From Paramecium tetraurelia (taxonomy: Eukaryota), in NCBI GenBank assembly GCA_000165425.1, contig CT868485.1, forward strand, positions 124,001 to 188,000: a DNA stretch of 64,000 nt, given 5' to 3'. Made by a program: the position numbers and the translations under genes. The stretch's first letter is position 1; the number at the start of each line of letters is the position of its first letter. The notes beneath the pieces were generated by a model, which made no database searches, had not been told where the DNA came from, and worked only from the letters and a program-made list of their open reading frames with translations. Shown here in pieces: positions 14,295-30,500 of the stretch.

Positions 14295-17200
14295 ATGTTT
14301 TAATAAGTTTTCTTCATATTTTTAGGTTGCCTTAACCTTGTCAATTCTTAATGGACGATCCGATATAGCCTTTTATATTTGAATACTTATTTTTAAGATG
14401 ACTTTGCACCAAATTATATAAACTACCCTTTCGTTGAAGGGACTAATTTCTTTATGATCCCATTAGAATTTAATAGGACAGCGAACTTTATCAATTGTAC
14501 AAATCCAAGTACTAGCTATATAACTTTGGATTATGAATATCCCAAGGTTTAATATTATTTTCTTAAAGATGGATAATTTTAAGGAAACGGGTATATTCAT
14601 TATTATTATAATCACATTCAAAGTTACTTCTACAAAGGAATTTTATGTTTTGACTTATATTTTTAAGGTAATTGGACGAATGGAAAGGTGACGTTTTCAA
14701 TTGGCTCATTTATAGAAGATTATTTTTATGATTCACCAGAAAACTATACACTAAATAGTTCTTTTTGTGATGATTTTTCATATGATATCAAAAAAGTTAA
14801 AATTAACATCCCTTAAGATGTTTCTGGAGACTTTTAATTTGGAATTTTTAATCAGAATGAGAGTGGCTCAGTTTCAATTAGAAAGATTTATCAAATGCAT
14901 TACTAATTTAGTTGCTATCCTTCATGCGAAAGCTGTACAGGGCCTAAAAAAAATTAATGTACATAATGTTATTTTGGAACACCAACTAATAATATTTGTC
15001 CCCCATGTCCATCAGACCTATATTACGTTAAAAATGTAGGGTGTCGATCGAAATGCGAGTCTATTTAACCATTGTGTTTTGATGGATTTTGCAATACTTG
15101 TCCAAGTATACATAAATATATATTGAATTTAGATAATTTTTCATTGGGATTCAATTAAGTTTAGTATAAAATAGCTAGCAACCCGAATAGTTATAAAGAT
15201 TTTTTATTGTGGTCTAAAATCTATGACCCAAAATTCATTGATGATTCTGTTGATGTATTTAATATTACATATCCTATGTTCTTTACAATATATGGAATAT
15301 TTAAATATAGCTCAGGAATTATGAGACAAATTAAAATAAATAATATTTTAGGAAATTATCTTAAAGTTACAATTAAGATACTTGTCTTCGATGGGTTTCC
15401 ATTAGATTGTGGAATTTAATTTAAATTTAATAATACTTATGTTGGATCAATATATAGAAATACTTCTGGAATTTAATTGCACAAATTTAAGGAATTCTAA
15501 TAAATTTCAGTAGGCCCATAAAATTCATATTCCAGTTCGGATTTATATTACATTTATGGTGTTTTTGACTATCCTAAATATAATATTTTGTTTTCTGCTA
15601 TTGGAAATTTTAGGTACATTATTAAAAATGAATTCTTAGTGATCCTTCATTTGGTTGGGCAATGAAATCAGTTGAATTTTATAGTAGTTAATGTACAATT
15701 AACTGTTAAAGTTGTGACAATGTAAGTTTGAAATGCAAAATATGTTATTCAAGTTTTCTATTATATAGAGATGGAACATGCCTTCCTTCAAATTAGTGTA
15801 ATGAACCCCATTAATAAATGATTTCAGATTATTGTAAGGATTTTGATGATGAAACACCATGTAAAAAATAAAGTAAATATAGATTCATCACTATTGATAA
15901 AAGAAGATTTGAATCACTTTGAATAAGATTACTACCCTGAATATACTTTAGTATCCTAAAGTGGTTTCAATTTATTAACAGGATCTGATAGATATTTTTC
16001 ATATTGGGAAGGAAAAAGAATTCTAGGTGGCTAATTTATTTGGGCATAGGCTAGGCTTAGAAGGATTCATCAAAATTTCGGTCCTCATCATAGTATTTCG
16101 ATAGGTTTCTATGTATTATTTGGTCCAGCATTCCCATCGGACGGAAAGTTTATCTACTAAATTGATTCCTAAACATTTTTTACGTCTACGTTTGGTGCTA
16201 GTACCTTCTCAAATGGAACAAAACAATAGATAATAAGAAAAAAAGTGAATCATTTTCAAAACGATTTAGTATTAGAATTGGAGTGTTTTGGACCAAACAA
16301 TGAAGTAACTTAAGCTTATTGCGGATTTTATAATTATTACTTGGCTATTCATTATTGTTAACCATATTGTTTAGAATGTACGGATGATAAAAGTTGCACA
16401 TAGTGGAATAGTACTTATAGTCCAACCCTAATATAATTTTCTTAAGCAGAGTGCTAACTCAATTAATATTTTGACTAGTATAAAATGTTGTGTGTCGATT
16501 GCGAACCAACTTGTTCAACCTGTAAATCAAAAATCGTATGTTTGACTTGCTTAAATCCTACATATACCTTAACCAGCTTTGGATGCTTTTGTAAGCAAAA
16601 TCAATACGAAGAATCTAGTTAGTGTTTTAATTGTCCAATTTAATGTAATTAATGTTTAAGTTTAACCTATTGCACTGAATGTTTGTCTATAAACAATCGA
16701 AAATTATCAAAAGGACAATGCCTCTGCTCAGAAGGTTATTATTAAAAAGATCAAGATCTTGTGTGTTTATTGTGTGATAAATTTTGTGGTACTTGTTTTG
16801 GCCCAACTTCCAATGATTGCTTAACTTGCAATATTGAAGTGTTGAATATCTAATTAGTAAATTCCTCATGTATTTGTCCGAACAATTCTTTTTATGATAT
16901 TTAATTTAATAGATGTACATTTTGCCATTCAAACTGTTTAACTTGTTTTAATGGCAGCATTGATGGATGTTTAAGTTGTGATTCTTCATAGAAGAGAGTA
17001 TTAACAGGATTAAATTGTAGATGCAACACAGGATTCTAAACATTAAATAATGTGTGTATTTAATGTCCTAATGATATCGATACATCACTGTTAGAATGCT
17101 ATAAATATTGTAATAATGGTGATCGAATATGGCATTTGAATCCTTGTGCTGCTTGTGGATCAGGTTTTACTTTAATATCTAATGAATGCATTCCAATTTG

Positions 17201-20200
17201 TGGGGATCTTTAAGTTGTTGGAGATGAGTAATGTGATGATGGTAATACTATTTAAAATGATAAATGTTATAATTGTTAATTCTAATGTCCGATTAATTGT
17301 CAGACTTGTGACATCAACACTACTTTACCATGCCCTGATATTTGTGGAGATGGGTTAATTACTGGCGATGAAGAGTGCGAAGATGGAAATCAAGTGTAAT
17401 ATGATGGATGTTATAATTGTAAATATTAATGTCAAAATGCATGTACTAAATGTATTAAGGGAAAATGTACTGAATGTGCTACTTTGGGATGGTAAATCGA
17501 TCTCTTGTCTGAACCACCACTTTGCAATGAAGTTTGTGGAGATGGTTTAAAAGTTGGAATTGAAGAATGTGATGATGCTAATTTTAATAACTTTGATGGG
17601 TGTCATAATTGTAAATTTTTATGTAGGATTGGATGCTCTCTTTGTGATTAAACACGTACAAAATGCTTGAGATGTGAATTTCCGGGATTTGAGCCTTATT
17701 AATACTATTGTCAACCTATTTAGAATGATGGTTTGCTTGTATTTGATCCATATGGATTCTATTATGAAAAAGCTCAGTATTATTATGGATCCTGGTGTGA
17801 TGAATATTGTAATAGTTATTATGGTACATGTAATGTTTGTGGTGGGGTTAATGCTCATTATCCATGTTAGCCATTGGAATGCACTAATTGTTTTTAAGGA
17901 AGATGTATATCTTGTATTCCTGGATAATATCTTTCAAGTAACAATATTTGTAAACCATATTGTAATGATGATATAAAAGCTTTAAACGAATACTGTGAAG
18001 ATTCTTTTATTTTGCCGTATAGAGGCTGTTAAAATTGCTAACCTAAATGTTAAGATTCTTGCTCTGTATGTAGTACTAGAGGATGGGGATGTACTCAATG
18101 TAAAAATGGATATGAATTGAATGACTTTTTATGTTATTCTAAATGTGGAGATTTTCTAATGACATATGATAAAGAATGCGATGATGGAAATTTAATTCCT
18201 GATGATGGTTGTCACTTCTGCAAATTGAATTGCCAAGCTACTTGCCTTATTTGCATAAAAGGGATTTGCCAAGATTGCGAAGAAGGCTATCAATTAATTA
18301 ATTCAAGATGTGTTGCTTTAATAAATGCTTTTGAATAACATCAATATTCAAATTATGTTGAATGTTTGTAATAAGAAAAGAAAAGGATTATAAAACATAC
18401 AAATTATGGATGGAATGATATTAAATAATAAATTACTTTATAGAATACATCTTGTAAATTGTGCTTTTTAAACTGTGAAATCTGTAATGAAGACACTTGT
18501 ATAGGCTGTTTATAAGGGTATTATTTTAATGAATAGCAGGAATGTTAATCTGAATGTGGTGATGGCATTCTAGTATAAGAGGAAGAATGTGAAATTAATG
18601 ACGAAAATTGCTTTCATTGCTTATTTGTTCATCCATAGTATTGCAAGTAATCTTTAAATGACGCATGCGTTAATTGTGATGTTGGCTATTATTTAGATTA
18701 AATTAAAATGATATGTACATCATACTGTGGAGATGGCATATTAGCTCACGACGAATAATGCGATTTACAAAAAAAAGGATGTTTTGATTGTAAGTTTTAG
18801 TGCAGTGAAGATTGTCTAGATTGTTAAGATGGATTATGCTTGTCATGTCAAGATTCATTTCGTGTTTGGGATGGAGGTTGTCATAAGGTGGAGCAATTAG
18901 TCAAATAAGATTTGGAATGCAAAGTATAAATTTAAGATGTATGCTTTTAATGTTATGAATAATATGAGTTAAATTTAAACGGTGATTGTGTACCATCTTG
19001 TTAAGACAGCTGTATTATATGTAAAATTGGACTGTGTTATGAATGCAAGGAATCATATTATTTAGATTAAAATAGTTGCTTTTTAATAAATGAATGTTCA
19101 TCATACTTTATTACGGATTTCTCTTTACTTGAGAAGACATGTAGAAATATTTAGTAGTCGGAATTCTTAAGAAAAAGTCATAATTATATAAAATCTGATG
19201 AAATTTCTCATTATTTCAAATTTCAATTAGGATATGAATTAGATTTCATTGATTCAGAATTTTTTTAAAATTGGATTTTCATAATCAATTTGTTTAATAA
19301 TTTATCTGTTGAAATAGCAGAAAATGAGATATTTTAAGTTAATACAGATTTTGATTATTTTGATTCAAATTTTGATCTTCAAGATCACAATTGTAATACT
19401 CATTGTGAGCTCTGTGTTGATACATAATGTATTCAATGCTAAATAGGGTATTTTGTTTCAGATTTTTCTTGTGTTTCTATCTGTGGAGATTAATTGATAG
19501 TAGATAATGAATAATGTGATGACGGAAATACAGATCAGTATGATGGTTGCTATGAATGTTAATATTAATGTTCGAATAATTGTGAAATTTGCCAAAGAGG
19601 AAATTGTAGTAAATGCCTAAACCATTTTGAATAAAATTCTCTCTATCAATGTAGGAAAATAGAATAAATTCAAATTGCTTCTAATGAATAATATGATTGT
19701 AAAGCAGTGTAAAATAATTCATGCTTATTTTGTGAACATGGAACTCTTGAATCTATAACTGGAATTTGCATAAAAAATTATCAATTAGAAAACAAATGTA
19801 TTGGTCATTGTAGTCTATGTTTGAATTAAAAATGTTAACAATGTGAGTATGGTTATTATGGAACGTATTGCCTTGAAGGAGATGGGACAAATCTCCCAAT
19901 ATAACGGTGTAATGATTTCAATTAATAAGAATCACTAATTTGCAAATAATTTTAACAATGCAATTCAAATTGCCTTTATTGTATTAATAAAGAATGTTCC
20001 CTATGCAATGAAGGATACTTTTTATTTAATAATGAATGTATTATAAGAAAAGTTCACGCAGTTGCATATAGGAGTAATATTGAACCAGTATGTGGAGATG
20101 GAATTGTTCAAATTTTTGAAGAATGTGATGATGGCAACAATCGATAGTTTGATGGTTGTTATGAGTGTAGATTTTCTTGTGATTATAATTGCTATGATTG

Positions 20201-22340
20201 CTTTTAAGGGATCTGCTAAGCTTGTTAAGATGGTTTTCTATTGAATACCAATCATTTATGCGATCCCTTTTGCGGAGATAATTTTGTTGTGCCATATTCA
20301 AATGAATAGTGTGATGACGGTAATTTCGATTCTCTTGATGGCTGCTATAATTGCAAATACGAATGCCAAAATTTTTGTTTATATTGTAATCAAATACAAT
20401 GCCTGAAATGTGAGGAAGGATTTGGTATTTTAAAAACTTATTGTTTTCCTAAATGTGGAGATGGTATTATTATTTAAGAATTTGAGGATTGTGATGATTA
20501 AAATGAGGAACCTTATGATGGTTGTTACGAATGCAAATTTTAATGTAGAAAAAATTGCTTATTATGCAATAAAGGTGTTTGTTTAGATGAATGTCCTGAA
20601 GGTATGGTATACGTTGGAGATATTTGTATGAAAAAACAATGCACAATAAACTGTCACAATTGTGAGAAAGGGGTTTGTTTAGAATGTAATCCTGGTTATT
20701 TTTATGATGATTAAGTTAATTTATGCTTAAAAGATACTCAATTTGATTCTACCAAAAATAAATCACCTATGGAAATGGATGAAAATTATTATCTATGTCG
20801 TCTTCTAGAATGTGTTTATTCACCAGCTCCAATTATGTAAATGACTTTTCTAAATCAAACCTTTTCTAGATAATTTGTACGAATCTTTTTTGATTAACCA
20901 GTTAAATTGAAAGATGATGAGGAAGAAATACAATTCTATTTCAATTTTACTAATTTACAGGAAACCGATTACATAATTACTTTGCATCCTTAAATAAAAA
21001 TATCTTCAGAATAAATAACAGTTGCTGAGTATATAGTTGAAATTTCAAATTTAGCTTAATTAAATGAAAAACCAATCTTCTAAGCATTTTGCTAAACAGA
21101 GGTCATTAATTCTTATAACTAAACCCTCTAAAATAACTTTACTTCCTTAAAGCTAAATTACCCAAAAATACTGTCTAGTTAATAAGTAAAATCTTCATAA
21201 TTTATGCAAAATACCAATAAAATATTCATGTATTCAGCTATTTCAGTTAGTATGATATCACTATTTTCTGGAGATTCTTCATTCCTTCTAGAAACACTTG
21301 ATGTATTATAATAACAATCCTTCTTAAAATTTATAAATGTAGATTACCCTGAAAACCTTCATATTTATTTTTAAGCATCTGACATGCTAACTGTTAGTAC
21401 TTATTTTAATTAAATAAATTTGGATTATTATTATAATCTTATAACCAGAAAGTCCGAAACTTATTAAGTAAATGGCAAATTTTAGCTTTATGATGTAGAT
21501 CCTGATTTGATTACTAGTTTACTCCCATAAGTTCTTTAATGTTCAGGGCTTGTACTCCTTTTATTATTGAGCAGATCAATATATAGGATATTTCAGGTGA
21601 TTATGTCAAAATAAAAGATTTATAATTACTTTTAATTTTAATCTGGAGTCATCAAGACAACATTTCTAAAGGTGGCAACTACCTTGAGAAATTATGTAAT
21701 GAATTTGATAAAAATAAGAAGGAATTTGACGTTTAATCATTATAAACATTTCTTCTAATTAAATGCTTGGGATCTGCTTTTTAAGGCATTATTACAGATA
21801 AATTTTTCTTCATATAAAGAAGCTAAAGGGTATATTCAACTGGTTGGTAGCTTTTTTTTGATATTTGTTTATGGTTCATATATAATTGAATTCTTAAGGA
21901 ATAAGGGAAAATCAGAAAAAATGTCAGATTTTAAAACAAATATATTTTCATCGTTAAATCTATGTAGGAAATTTATGTTCCACTTTGTTTTGATATTTTT
22001 TTAAGAATGCCCAACCTTATAATTTTTATTACTATCGACAATCAACTTAACTCAATGCTTCATTATTTATAGATATGAATAAAGTTCAAGTTTAGATAAA
22101 ATGATTTCAATATTAAATGAAGGAACGATAGGATTTTTTAGCTTAACATGTTTTCCTTACAATGATATAAATAGGATATATTTTTCGAATGAGACTATTA
22201 CAAATACAGGATTTATACAAATGGGGGCTCTTCTTGTAAATTTATTAATCGTATTTTTTAAATAAATGCTCCTTAAAGCGTAAATTATTTTTAAAAAAAG
22301 AAAACCATAACATATTACGAATTTGATATTGGAATTTTGA
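14295..22340 (+). CDS. Giant (~2600 aa) Cys-rich membrane protein: signal peptide, furin-like repeats, Myxococcus-type CGDG..E.CDDGN...DGC (DUF4215) repeats, C-terminal multi-TM region
   Basis: Starts MFQQVFFIFLGCLNLVNSQW. Many repeats such as ICGDLQVVGDEQCDDGN and KCGDFLMTYDKECDDGNLIPDDGC. Hydrophobic segments at 21200-22260. Ends NLILEF-TGA. Confidence 0.85.
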
Positions 22341-23693
22341 TCATCAGTTTTATTATGAAAATAATTAAAATTTTCATCTTTCCTTATCTAAATTAAATCA
22401 ATTCGTATTATACATAATTGGCTGCCTCTAAAATAAAACAAAAATGAAAGCGGTCATGAGTATATATTTGTTTAGTTCTCAAAAGATTTTATTATTTCAA
22501 ACCCAAAACTTTATGCACAACTATTTAATTTTTATCTGATATTGAGCATAATTTTATTGACTACTCTTCTTCTAAGAAATTAACTCTAATACTATGAAAT
22601 AAAATGATTAAATATTAATTAATTATCCTTTAATTCCACATAATAACTCATTTTTAATTGATATTAACTAAGTAATCCATTTATAAAAGATTATTCAATA
22701 AATTTGCTACTTTCATCTTCATCTAATTCATTTACTATTATATTCTTTCAGTTGTAATTCTAATTATATATCATATTATTAAAATTTCAAAAGAACTAAC
22801 CTTCAAATAATAAATATATATTATAAACCTTTTGAAATTCAAAAAATTAATATTGCTTTTAAAAAATAATGATAACAAGAGAAATTCTAAAACTCAAAAT
22901 ACAACAAAACAAGATCACTCTAGGGCCGAGGTGCTAAATACTTAAATTTCTAATCATTAAATGTTTATCCTTTTTTAAGAGATAATTCGACAAGTTATTT
23001 TAATAGATAATCCATAGTTGGTCTATCTGTTTAAATTGATTATGAGCTAATTCATATTGTAATATAAAGGATGCTCCCATTTAATTTGAAAATATATGAC
23101 TAATAAAATAGCTTTTGAACTTAATTATTTAAAAGCTGAAAAATAAAAAATTAACGAAAGAATTTTATGCGTATATTTAATAAAAAACGTTCGAGCACCT
23201 TAATTATGAGAAAATCACAAACAATTAATCAATGATTTGATTTTCTTTTAATTGAGATATGGGATTTGAGTGACAGGATTTGAATTATTTAAGTGATGTT
23301 CATTAGAAAAGGTTAAGATTAGTTATGTTATTTTGCTTTAAATTATGTTATAGACTAAATGTTGTGATTATGATTAACATTTAAATTTAATAAATAGTTT
23401 AGTATCATTTGATATGATAAGATAATTAATTTTATATTATTCCTATAAAGGAAATTTTATTTTAGAAAAGAATCTTAATACAAAATGTTCTAGTGCAAGC
23501 AATATAATCATTAGGAATCATAATTAACAGTTTACAATATAAAGAGAATCTCAAAATACAAAGATTTGATGTAAATGAAAAGTTGGCATGAGAAAAATAG
23601 ATGACTTATCAATCTAAATAATATACTCAGAATAAAGTTGAATTCATGATATAAATTAATAAATATATTTATTTTTCAAAACCAAATACAATA

Positions 23694-26453
23694 TCATATT
23701 TGTATTAATTATTTCTATAGGTACCCTTCTTTAGTCTGCTTATAATTTACTCCGTTTTTTTAAAGGAATTAAATTCCCTTTTAATACACCAATTGCCAAG
23801 ACTTCCTATTTTAAGAGCAGAAGTAATCTAAATATAGCAATGCAAGTAAAGTAAACCAGATATTCTAAGGATAGTTTTATTCGTTTATCCATCCTTAAAA
23901 ATTTATTTTCTATTCGAACATTAAATCATACTCGAAGGCACCATCAGCTTTGGCATATGAAATTATCTGTTCATATTCAATCTTATAAGTCTAGGGGGGG
24001 ATCTACGCTTTTGGCAAATCATCTTCTTAATGAAATGAACCTCTTGATTTATTTAATTTTTCTCTTGATCGACTTTTCTCTTTTTTACTAGCTATTGAAT
24101 CTTCTTCAATCATATCTCTACAGTTTTCAGACTTTTTGTTTCCCTATTCTTTTTTTTGGCATTTTTTTTTTTTTTCTTCCTTTATGCATTTAATCTGCTC
24201 TTCACATTCGTCTTCTTCTTCTGAATTTGAACCTCCAACATGTGAAATTCCAATTTAATATTATCTGAACTGAAGTTCTTAAACACATGATTACTTTTTA
24301 AAACAATTCGTCATTGGTCTAGACCTATCCATAGAGGATAAGGCTGTTGCTCTTGATGACAAGCACTTCATCTTTTTTTAATATACTATATTCTCTTTTT
24401 TATTATAGGTGATATACACTTTTTAACTTTTCTGCTATTTGAAGTTATCCTCTAATTCACAAACTTCGCATACGAATGCTGTTTTATTACTCAATATTTG
24501 ATGTGTTATAGATGTGTTAATTATATCTTAATCATCAATTGTCTACTTATTAATCTTAATAAAATTTAGATCGTTCTCCCCATAATTCAGGCTGTTTTCA
24601 TAAAAGGTTATAAATTTATGTGTAGCTAATTTATGGAAGTATTCATTTTCTTAGGAAGTATTTAAATTTAATGAAACCTCATATTTGATTGGTTTCTAAT
24701 CCTACGGATCAAAGCAGCTCAAAGTGAATTGCAAATTATCAATATATTGATCTATAGAAAATAAAACTTAAATAGTTAATTCTTAATTCTTCTTTAAGCA
24801 CACAACAGATTCTGGATTCGGAATTATTTAAGCAATGTTAGTGACATTTGTTTCAAGATTAAATTCTTTTAAGTAAGGAGTTAAGGAATCTTCTAGTAAA
24901 TCAATAACTTTAGCATTTATGTCTTCATTGTCAGAAACAAATTAGAACTTGCCATTTCCTACTTCAGCCAATCTCTTAATTAAAAATTAGCTGCACCCCT
25001 CCCCAATTCCTAAAGTATAAACTCTAGTTTCTGCTTAATTGTTCTTTTTCACCAAATCTATTATAGGCTAGGCCTCAACTTCCCCATCTGTCAGTAAGAA
25101 TACATTCAAAGTGGTTGATTTTGACTTGCCATAGTATTTACTGTAAACGACTTGAGACAATGGTTTTAGAATTTCAGTCCCATTCATATTAGCTTCCATA
25201 TTATTCACATGTTTTATGGCATCCTCTAAGGTATTTTAGGAATATTACTTAGATTCAGACCATAAAGATCTAAAGGTTGACCCAAAAGAAATTATATTGA
25301 AGTTACAGTCTTCGGGTAAACTTTTCAAGAATAAAAGTAAAGATTATTTGGCTTTATTGATTCTGGCACCAGTCATTGATCCGCTTCTGTCTATGAAAAA
25401 TAAGTAATTTCCTCTATTAATTACTTAATTCTGTGCTATATTTAATCCATCCAAGTATTGTGAATATGCATCGTCTAACGTTGTCTAATTAAATTTTGGA
25501 ATAAAACTTATTGTGGCACAATATTTTTAAGTAAATAAAGCATCATTGTTAGTATGACTTAAAACTGCTCGAGGAAGGTTTATTTCATCGCTTGTAAAAA
25601 GGAGAGTAAATTATTTTGTCGGAATAAAGTTAGATGGGGTATCCTCCAACATCAGGATTAATTTTCTTGGATGTTCTTCTTCCATTGATTATTTTGCTGA
25701 TTCAATTTTTGCATTTCCACTTAAAATTGAATGTGTTGGACTTTTATAATAAGTTATTGGAGACCCTATATCAATTGATGCAGTTATATTTTATTTGAAA
25801 TTGTATTCAAATTTCTCAAGGTACACATATTTCTAAATATATCTGTTCAAACTTTGAAAATATACACTCTAAAGTCTAACTTATTGTTATTATTGGAGAT
25901 TGAAATAATTTTCATCAATCATTGGGTAAACTTCTACCTTCCAAAATTTATTTAAAAACACTTCCAAAGGTTAAATATATTCAAAAGTGATTTTTAATTC
26001 TTTTTATGGAGCAAGAGCCCCAATCTTAACTCTCTTAATTTCAGGAAATTCCTCATCTTATTCGCTATATGCCATAGTTTTACCTTACTTGACACCTTCT
26101 TCATATTCTTATTTGGCTTCCTCTTTCTCTTTAATTATTCCATAGACTTTTTTATCTCCTAATTCAACAACCATCTTGGTCACTGCCGCATTTTGATTAA
26201 TTGAAAATAAGTATTCTAGTTCTATTGGCTCCTGATAACCAAAGGTTGAATAAGTTTATTATAATTCAACTATAAAGAAGCCTTGTTATACCTTTAAAAA
26301 TTAATGAACTCCTTATAAAGGTATTGGCATTTTTCTAATGAAATCATAACAAATATTTAATCTATAAGGACAGAGGCAGCAGATTTTCTTATCATTCTTA
26401 TTTATACACTTTTTTTATGGTATCTACGGTTTAAACAATTGATTGCTTATCAT
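23694..26453 (-). CDS. VIT + vWA domain protein (VWA5A-like)
   Basis: VIT: PIELEYLFSINQNAAVTKMVVELGDKKVYGIIKEKEEAKQEYEEG. MIDAS: YLFFIDRSGSM. Also FNIISFGS, VFLLTDGE and YTLGIG, with a C-terminal IWFTLLALLYL..SWQLVYQKG. Confidence 0.9.
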
Positions 26454-27517
26454 TTATTAAAATAAATTGATAAAATTCAATTTCTTTTTATAATAATATT
26501 TTCTGATAAATGCTGAAATGTGTTATTTGGAAAAATACATACTATTCCAATATATTTTATAATATCATAATAATATTAGATTATTTTTCTATTTTGCATA
26601 TTGGAATGATTTCAATTCATTCTACTACTTTGTAATTTTTCACATTAAGTAACACATCCTAACAGAGTATATTTATAACAGATATTTTAATATGCAACAA
26701 GATATGTTTTAATAGCAATGTCATCAAAAAGGAAAATTATCTAGTATAATAATAAATTAATTAAAATATTATTATTATAATTATATTGTTATATTAAAAA
26801 TATTAGAATGCGACTTAAAATAGTTTTATCTAATATTTGTTCAACAAAATTATATTATAATTAACCTTATATTGAATTTCACAAATATTTATGACAACAT
26901 ATTTATTTATTTTCGAATATAATGTAATATTTTATATTTCAAGACTTATAAATAAATTCAGGCATATTAACATTTCAAAATCTTTAGTGTTTATCAGAAT
27001 CATATAAAAAATTTATCCAAATCCACATTTATGTATTGGATAATATATGATGATAGGAATTAGGCCATTTTTATTTAATCTATATGACATGTCTAAGTTT
27101 GAGAATTAGGAAGAAAGCGATAATTCTTATATCTATAATTTTACTTTAGAAAACTGTTGGAATTTAAAAAGAATAAGAATTTTCTGAAAATCTTATAATT
27201 TTCATAAGTTTTTTATTTTATTGTTCATCTTATTAAAAACAATATATTAATTTAAAAATACCAGTCATAATTCTTATTAATATAATGAAGAAATTTAAAT
27301 TTTCAATTCAAATATATCAGTTTTTAGATAAAAAATCAAAGTATTCATGAAAAATGATTAAACTAATTTGATATAATCATTAAAGGAATTTGATTATTAT
27401 TCCTCAGCATCTTTCCCTTTATTGATTTTGAATAAAGTTAACTCAAACAATAGGAATGAGGATTTTTTTTGTTTTAATTTTTTATCTAATAATTAATTAC
27501 CTTCATTATTTTTAATA

Positions 27518-30500
27518 ATGATTAAATAAAGACTATTTTGCAATATTATTTTTGTTTAGATAGTTTTCTCATCAATTGATTCATTGAACGAATAAGACTA
27601 ATTAAGAAATACGTAGATTGAAATCAAATATAATGAAATACAAGAGAATACTTGCTTTTAAATAGGGTTGTTTTCTAAATATAATCCTTTGGGCAATATT
27701 TTATAAATTGGAAGAGTTGGAATCTTTGATAGCAACTGCTACCATCTATTTTCAATTACCGATAAATCCACATCGAGCCTCAACTTCATATATTATGATT
27801 GTATTTTCTTTGAATCAAAGACAATAATAAAAACAATAGAGTTTATTAATTATGAGTTATTATAAATTCATAAAGATGTTAACATTGATATATATAAATA
27901 TGAGAATACTTGGCATTATTTTCAGATATATTAGTGTTTTGATTAATTATCAATACAAGTTTTTTAATTTAGAGATTAAAAACTAATTTAATTACTTACA
28001 AATACAAAATATCCATTCACAAGTACTAATATTATACTAACTTTTGGAGGAGGTTTGATTGTATCAAGCTCATTGATTGATTCGATTTAAATCGGAAGAA
28101 AATTTTCATTTTTTCCTGGGAAATTATACTTGATTGATTACTCATTATTTTAGTCCCAAATTGAAATGAATATAATAGCTTCTGCATTTTAAGACTTTTA
28201 GGATACTTCGATTTGTAAGTGTGTCCAAAATTCCCCTAAAATTATTGATAAAGTGGATATTCAATATCTGCAATACGAAATACTCACTATCTAATATGCC
28301 AATTGTGATTCTTTTATTTTTGCTGGTTGGTTTAGGATATAGGAAGTAATTTAATTAGACGAGGAATTCATATATCATTTTTTAAATTTAAAGCATAATT
28401 TTGAAAATCTGCAACTCTCCGACAAAAATTTATCACCTTTATAGATATTCTATAAAATATCACCCATCTAAAATTAAATATTTATTACAACATATAGTTA
28501 TACTTTTCCAAGTGTAAATATTGATTTTTCAGATGATCCATTTCTCATCACTAGAAATTTAGATATAAATAATAATATCAAATTATGGCATAAAATATTT
28601 GTTAAGTAATCTTAATAATAAATGATCATAAATTTCGAGTTCTTTGAGTAAAATAAAGTATATCCATATGAAATATAATTAGATGTGCACTAATTTTCAA
28701 ATGTTTAATTTAAACTTTATTATGGCAATTTATAATAAAAATCTAAAAATTACTTCAATATACAAGTAAGGAATCTAGTATTTTTGAACTGCGATGATTA
28801 GTTCTAACAATAAAATTGTCATTTTAGTTGTGAAACCTGTGATGGTCCAACAAGTACAGATTGTTTAACATGTGCTGAGGCATCCAAGCGATTATATGTA
28901 TCATAATTTAAATCATGCATTTGTCCATATGGTATGATCGATAAAAATGAAAATTGCTTATCCTATTAGGACTCTAATTTTGAAATAGATTATGATTTGA
29001 ATCAAAACTAAAAGTTATAGTGTGAGTTTGGATATTTTGAAATGGATAAAGAGTGTATTAAATGGTACTGATTTTAAATATTAAGTCCATCAATAATAAG
29101 CGATACTCAATTAACATGTTTAGAATGTTTAAATAACCCTACATCTTGGCATGAAGTCTCAGCTTGTTCAACTATCTTAAGATTAGATACTCGCGATACA
29201 GCCTAAGCCTTATCATAAAATACAGTATTTTACAAATATAATGGCGATAGTCTATATCCCTGCTTATATTGTAAATAAAAGGGTTTATAAATTCAAGAAG
29301 AATAATATGAAGAACTAACATTATTAAGCAATGGATTTATTTCATTTTGTTGGAAAAGTTTTTATGATTAGGTATAGAATTATCAATGCTATGAATGTCC
29401 GTTCAGTTATTGTTTAGAATGTAAAATGCTTGTAACAGGTGCAGTTTGTTTGAGATGTGGATTTTCGCAATATGTAGAAAATGGGATTTGTACATCTAAA
29501 CCACCAGACACTTCTTCACCAAATGAGTGTCTCTCTCCTTATTATATTACTTCAAATATGGAGTGCAAATATTGTCCTATAGATAAGTGTAAATATTGCT
29601 TCGAATTCTACAATGACGATTTATCAAAATGTACTTTATATAAGAATTTTGAACCATTTCCTTTCAATGAATATCTTCGGATAGGATGTGCTTTATGCTA
29701 TGATGGATATATTTTTAATTTTTTAACTGATTTATGTGAGTATTCGAAACCAATAACAAATAATTGTTTAAGAGCATTTATTAATGAAAATGGTAATGAA
29801 ATATGCCTTTTATCTTCAAGTGACGACTTCTCAGTTGCACCTGAAATAGTTAATTGTGAAAAATACATTCAAAACTGTTTATAATGTATTTTGACTAAAT
29901 ATTTTATAATTAAATGTACTGTTTGTAAGAGTGAGTACACAAGCACTTCTTTAGGAGGATAGTGTAAATAAAGTAATCTCTAAAATTCTAAGATAAACAC
30001 AGAAGGAGATGTATACAAGCAAGATGGTTGGGTATAATTAATTCAAAGTTTTATGATGAACTTTCTACCTAACTAATATTATTATACGTTTGGTACTAAA
30101 TGGTATACTTAAGATATGTCAATTTAATGTCTAGATGGTTATGCAAGAAATCCCTATGGTCATTGTATTAAGTATTGTGATCCTCACTGTTTATAATGCG
30201 TATTTAGGGATCAAGATTAATTAGGAGAGAGATATGAATGCAAAACATGTCCCTTGAACTACTATCTATAACCAATATAAGTTTAGAATTCCGGTAATTG
30301 TGTTAAATGCTCTTAACTATGTTAAGTATGCTCTATTAGATCAATTGAGGAAATTTAAGTAAATCATCCATTTATCAATAGAGTATTAATTCTAATTTTA
30401 TTGTTGATGATCAAAATGAGATTTATCTAATGAGATGTATTAAATAAATTTCAGATGGTAGGATTTAATTGAATCCATATTTGTAATTCGCCAAATATTG

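Noticed and set aside
22341..23693. Retained IES, transposon or RNA gene in long AT-rich spacers (also 26454-27517 and 37449-38293)
   Set aside because: No terminal inverted repeats, transposase motifs or tRNA/rRNA structure were recognisable by eye. IESs cannot be called without germline comparison.
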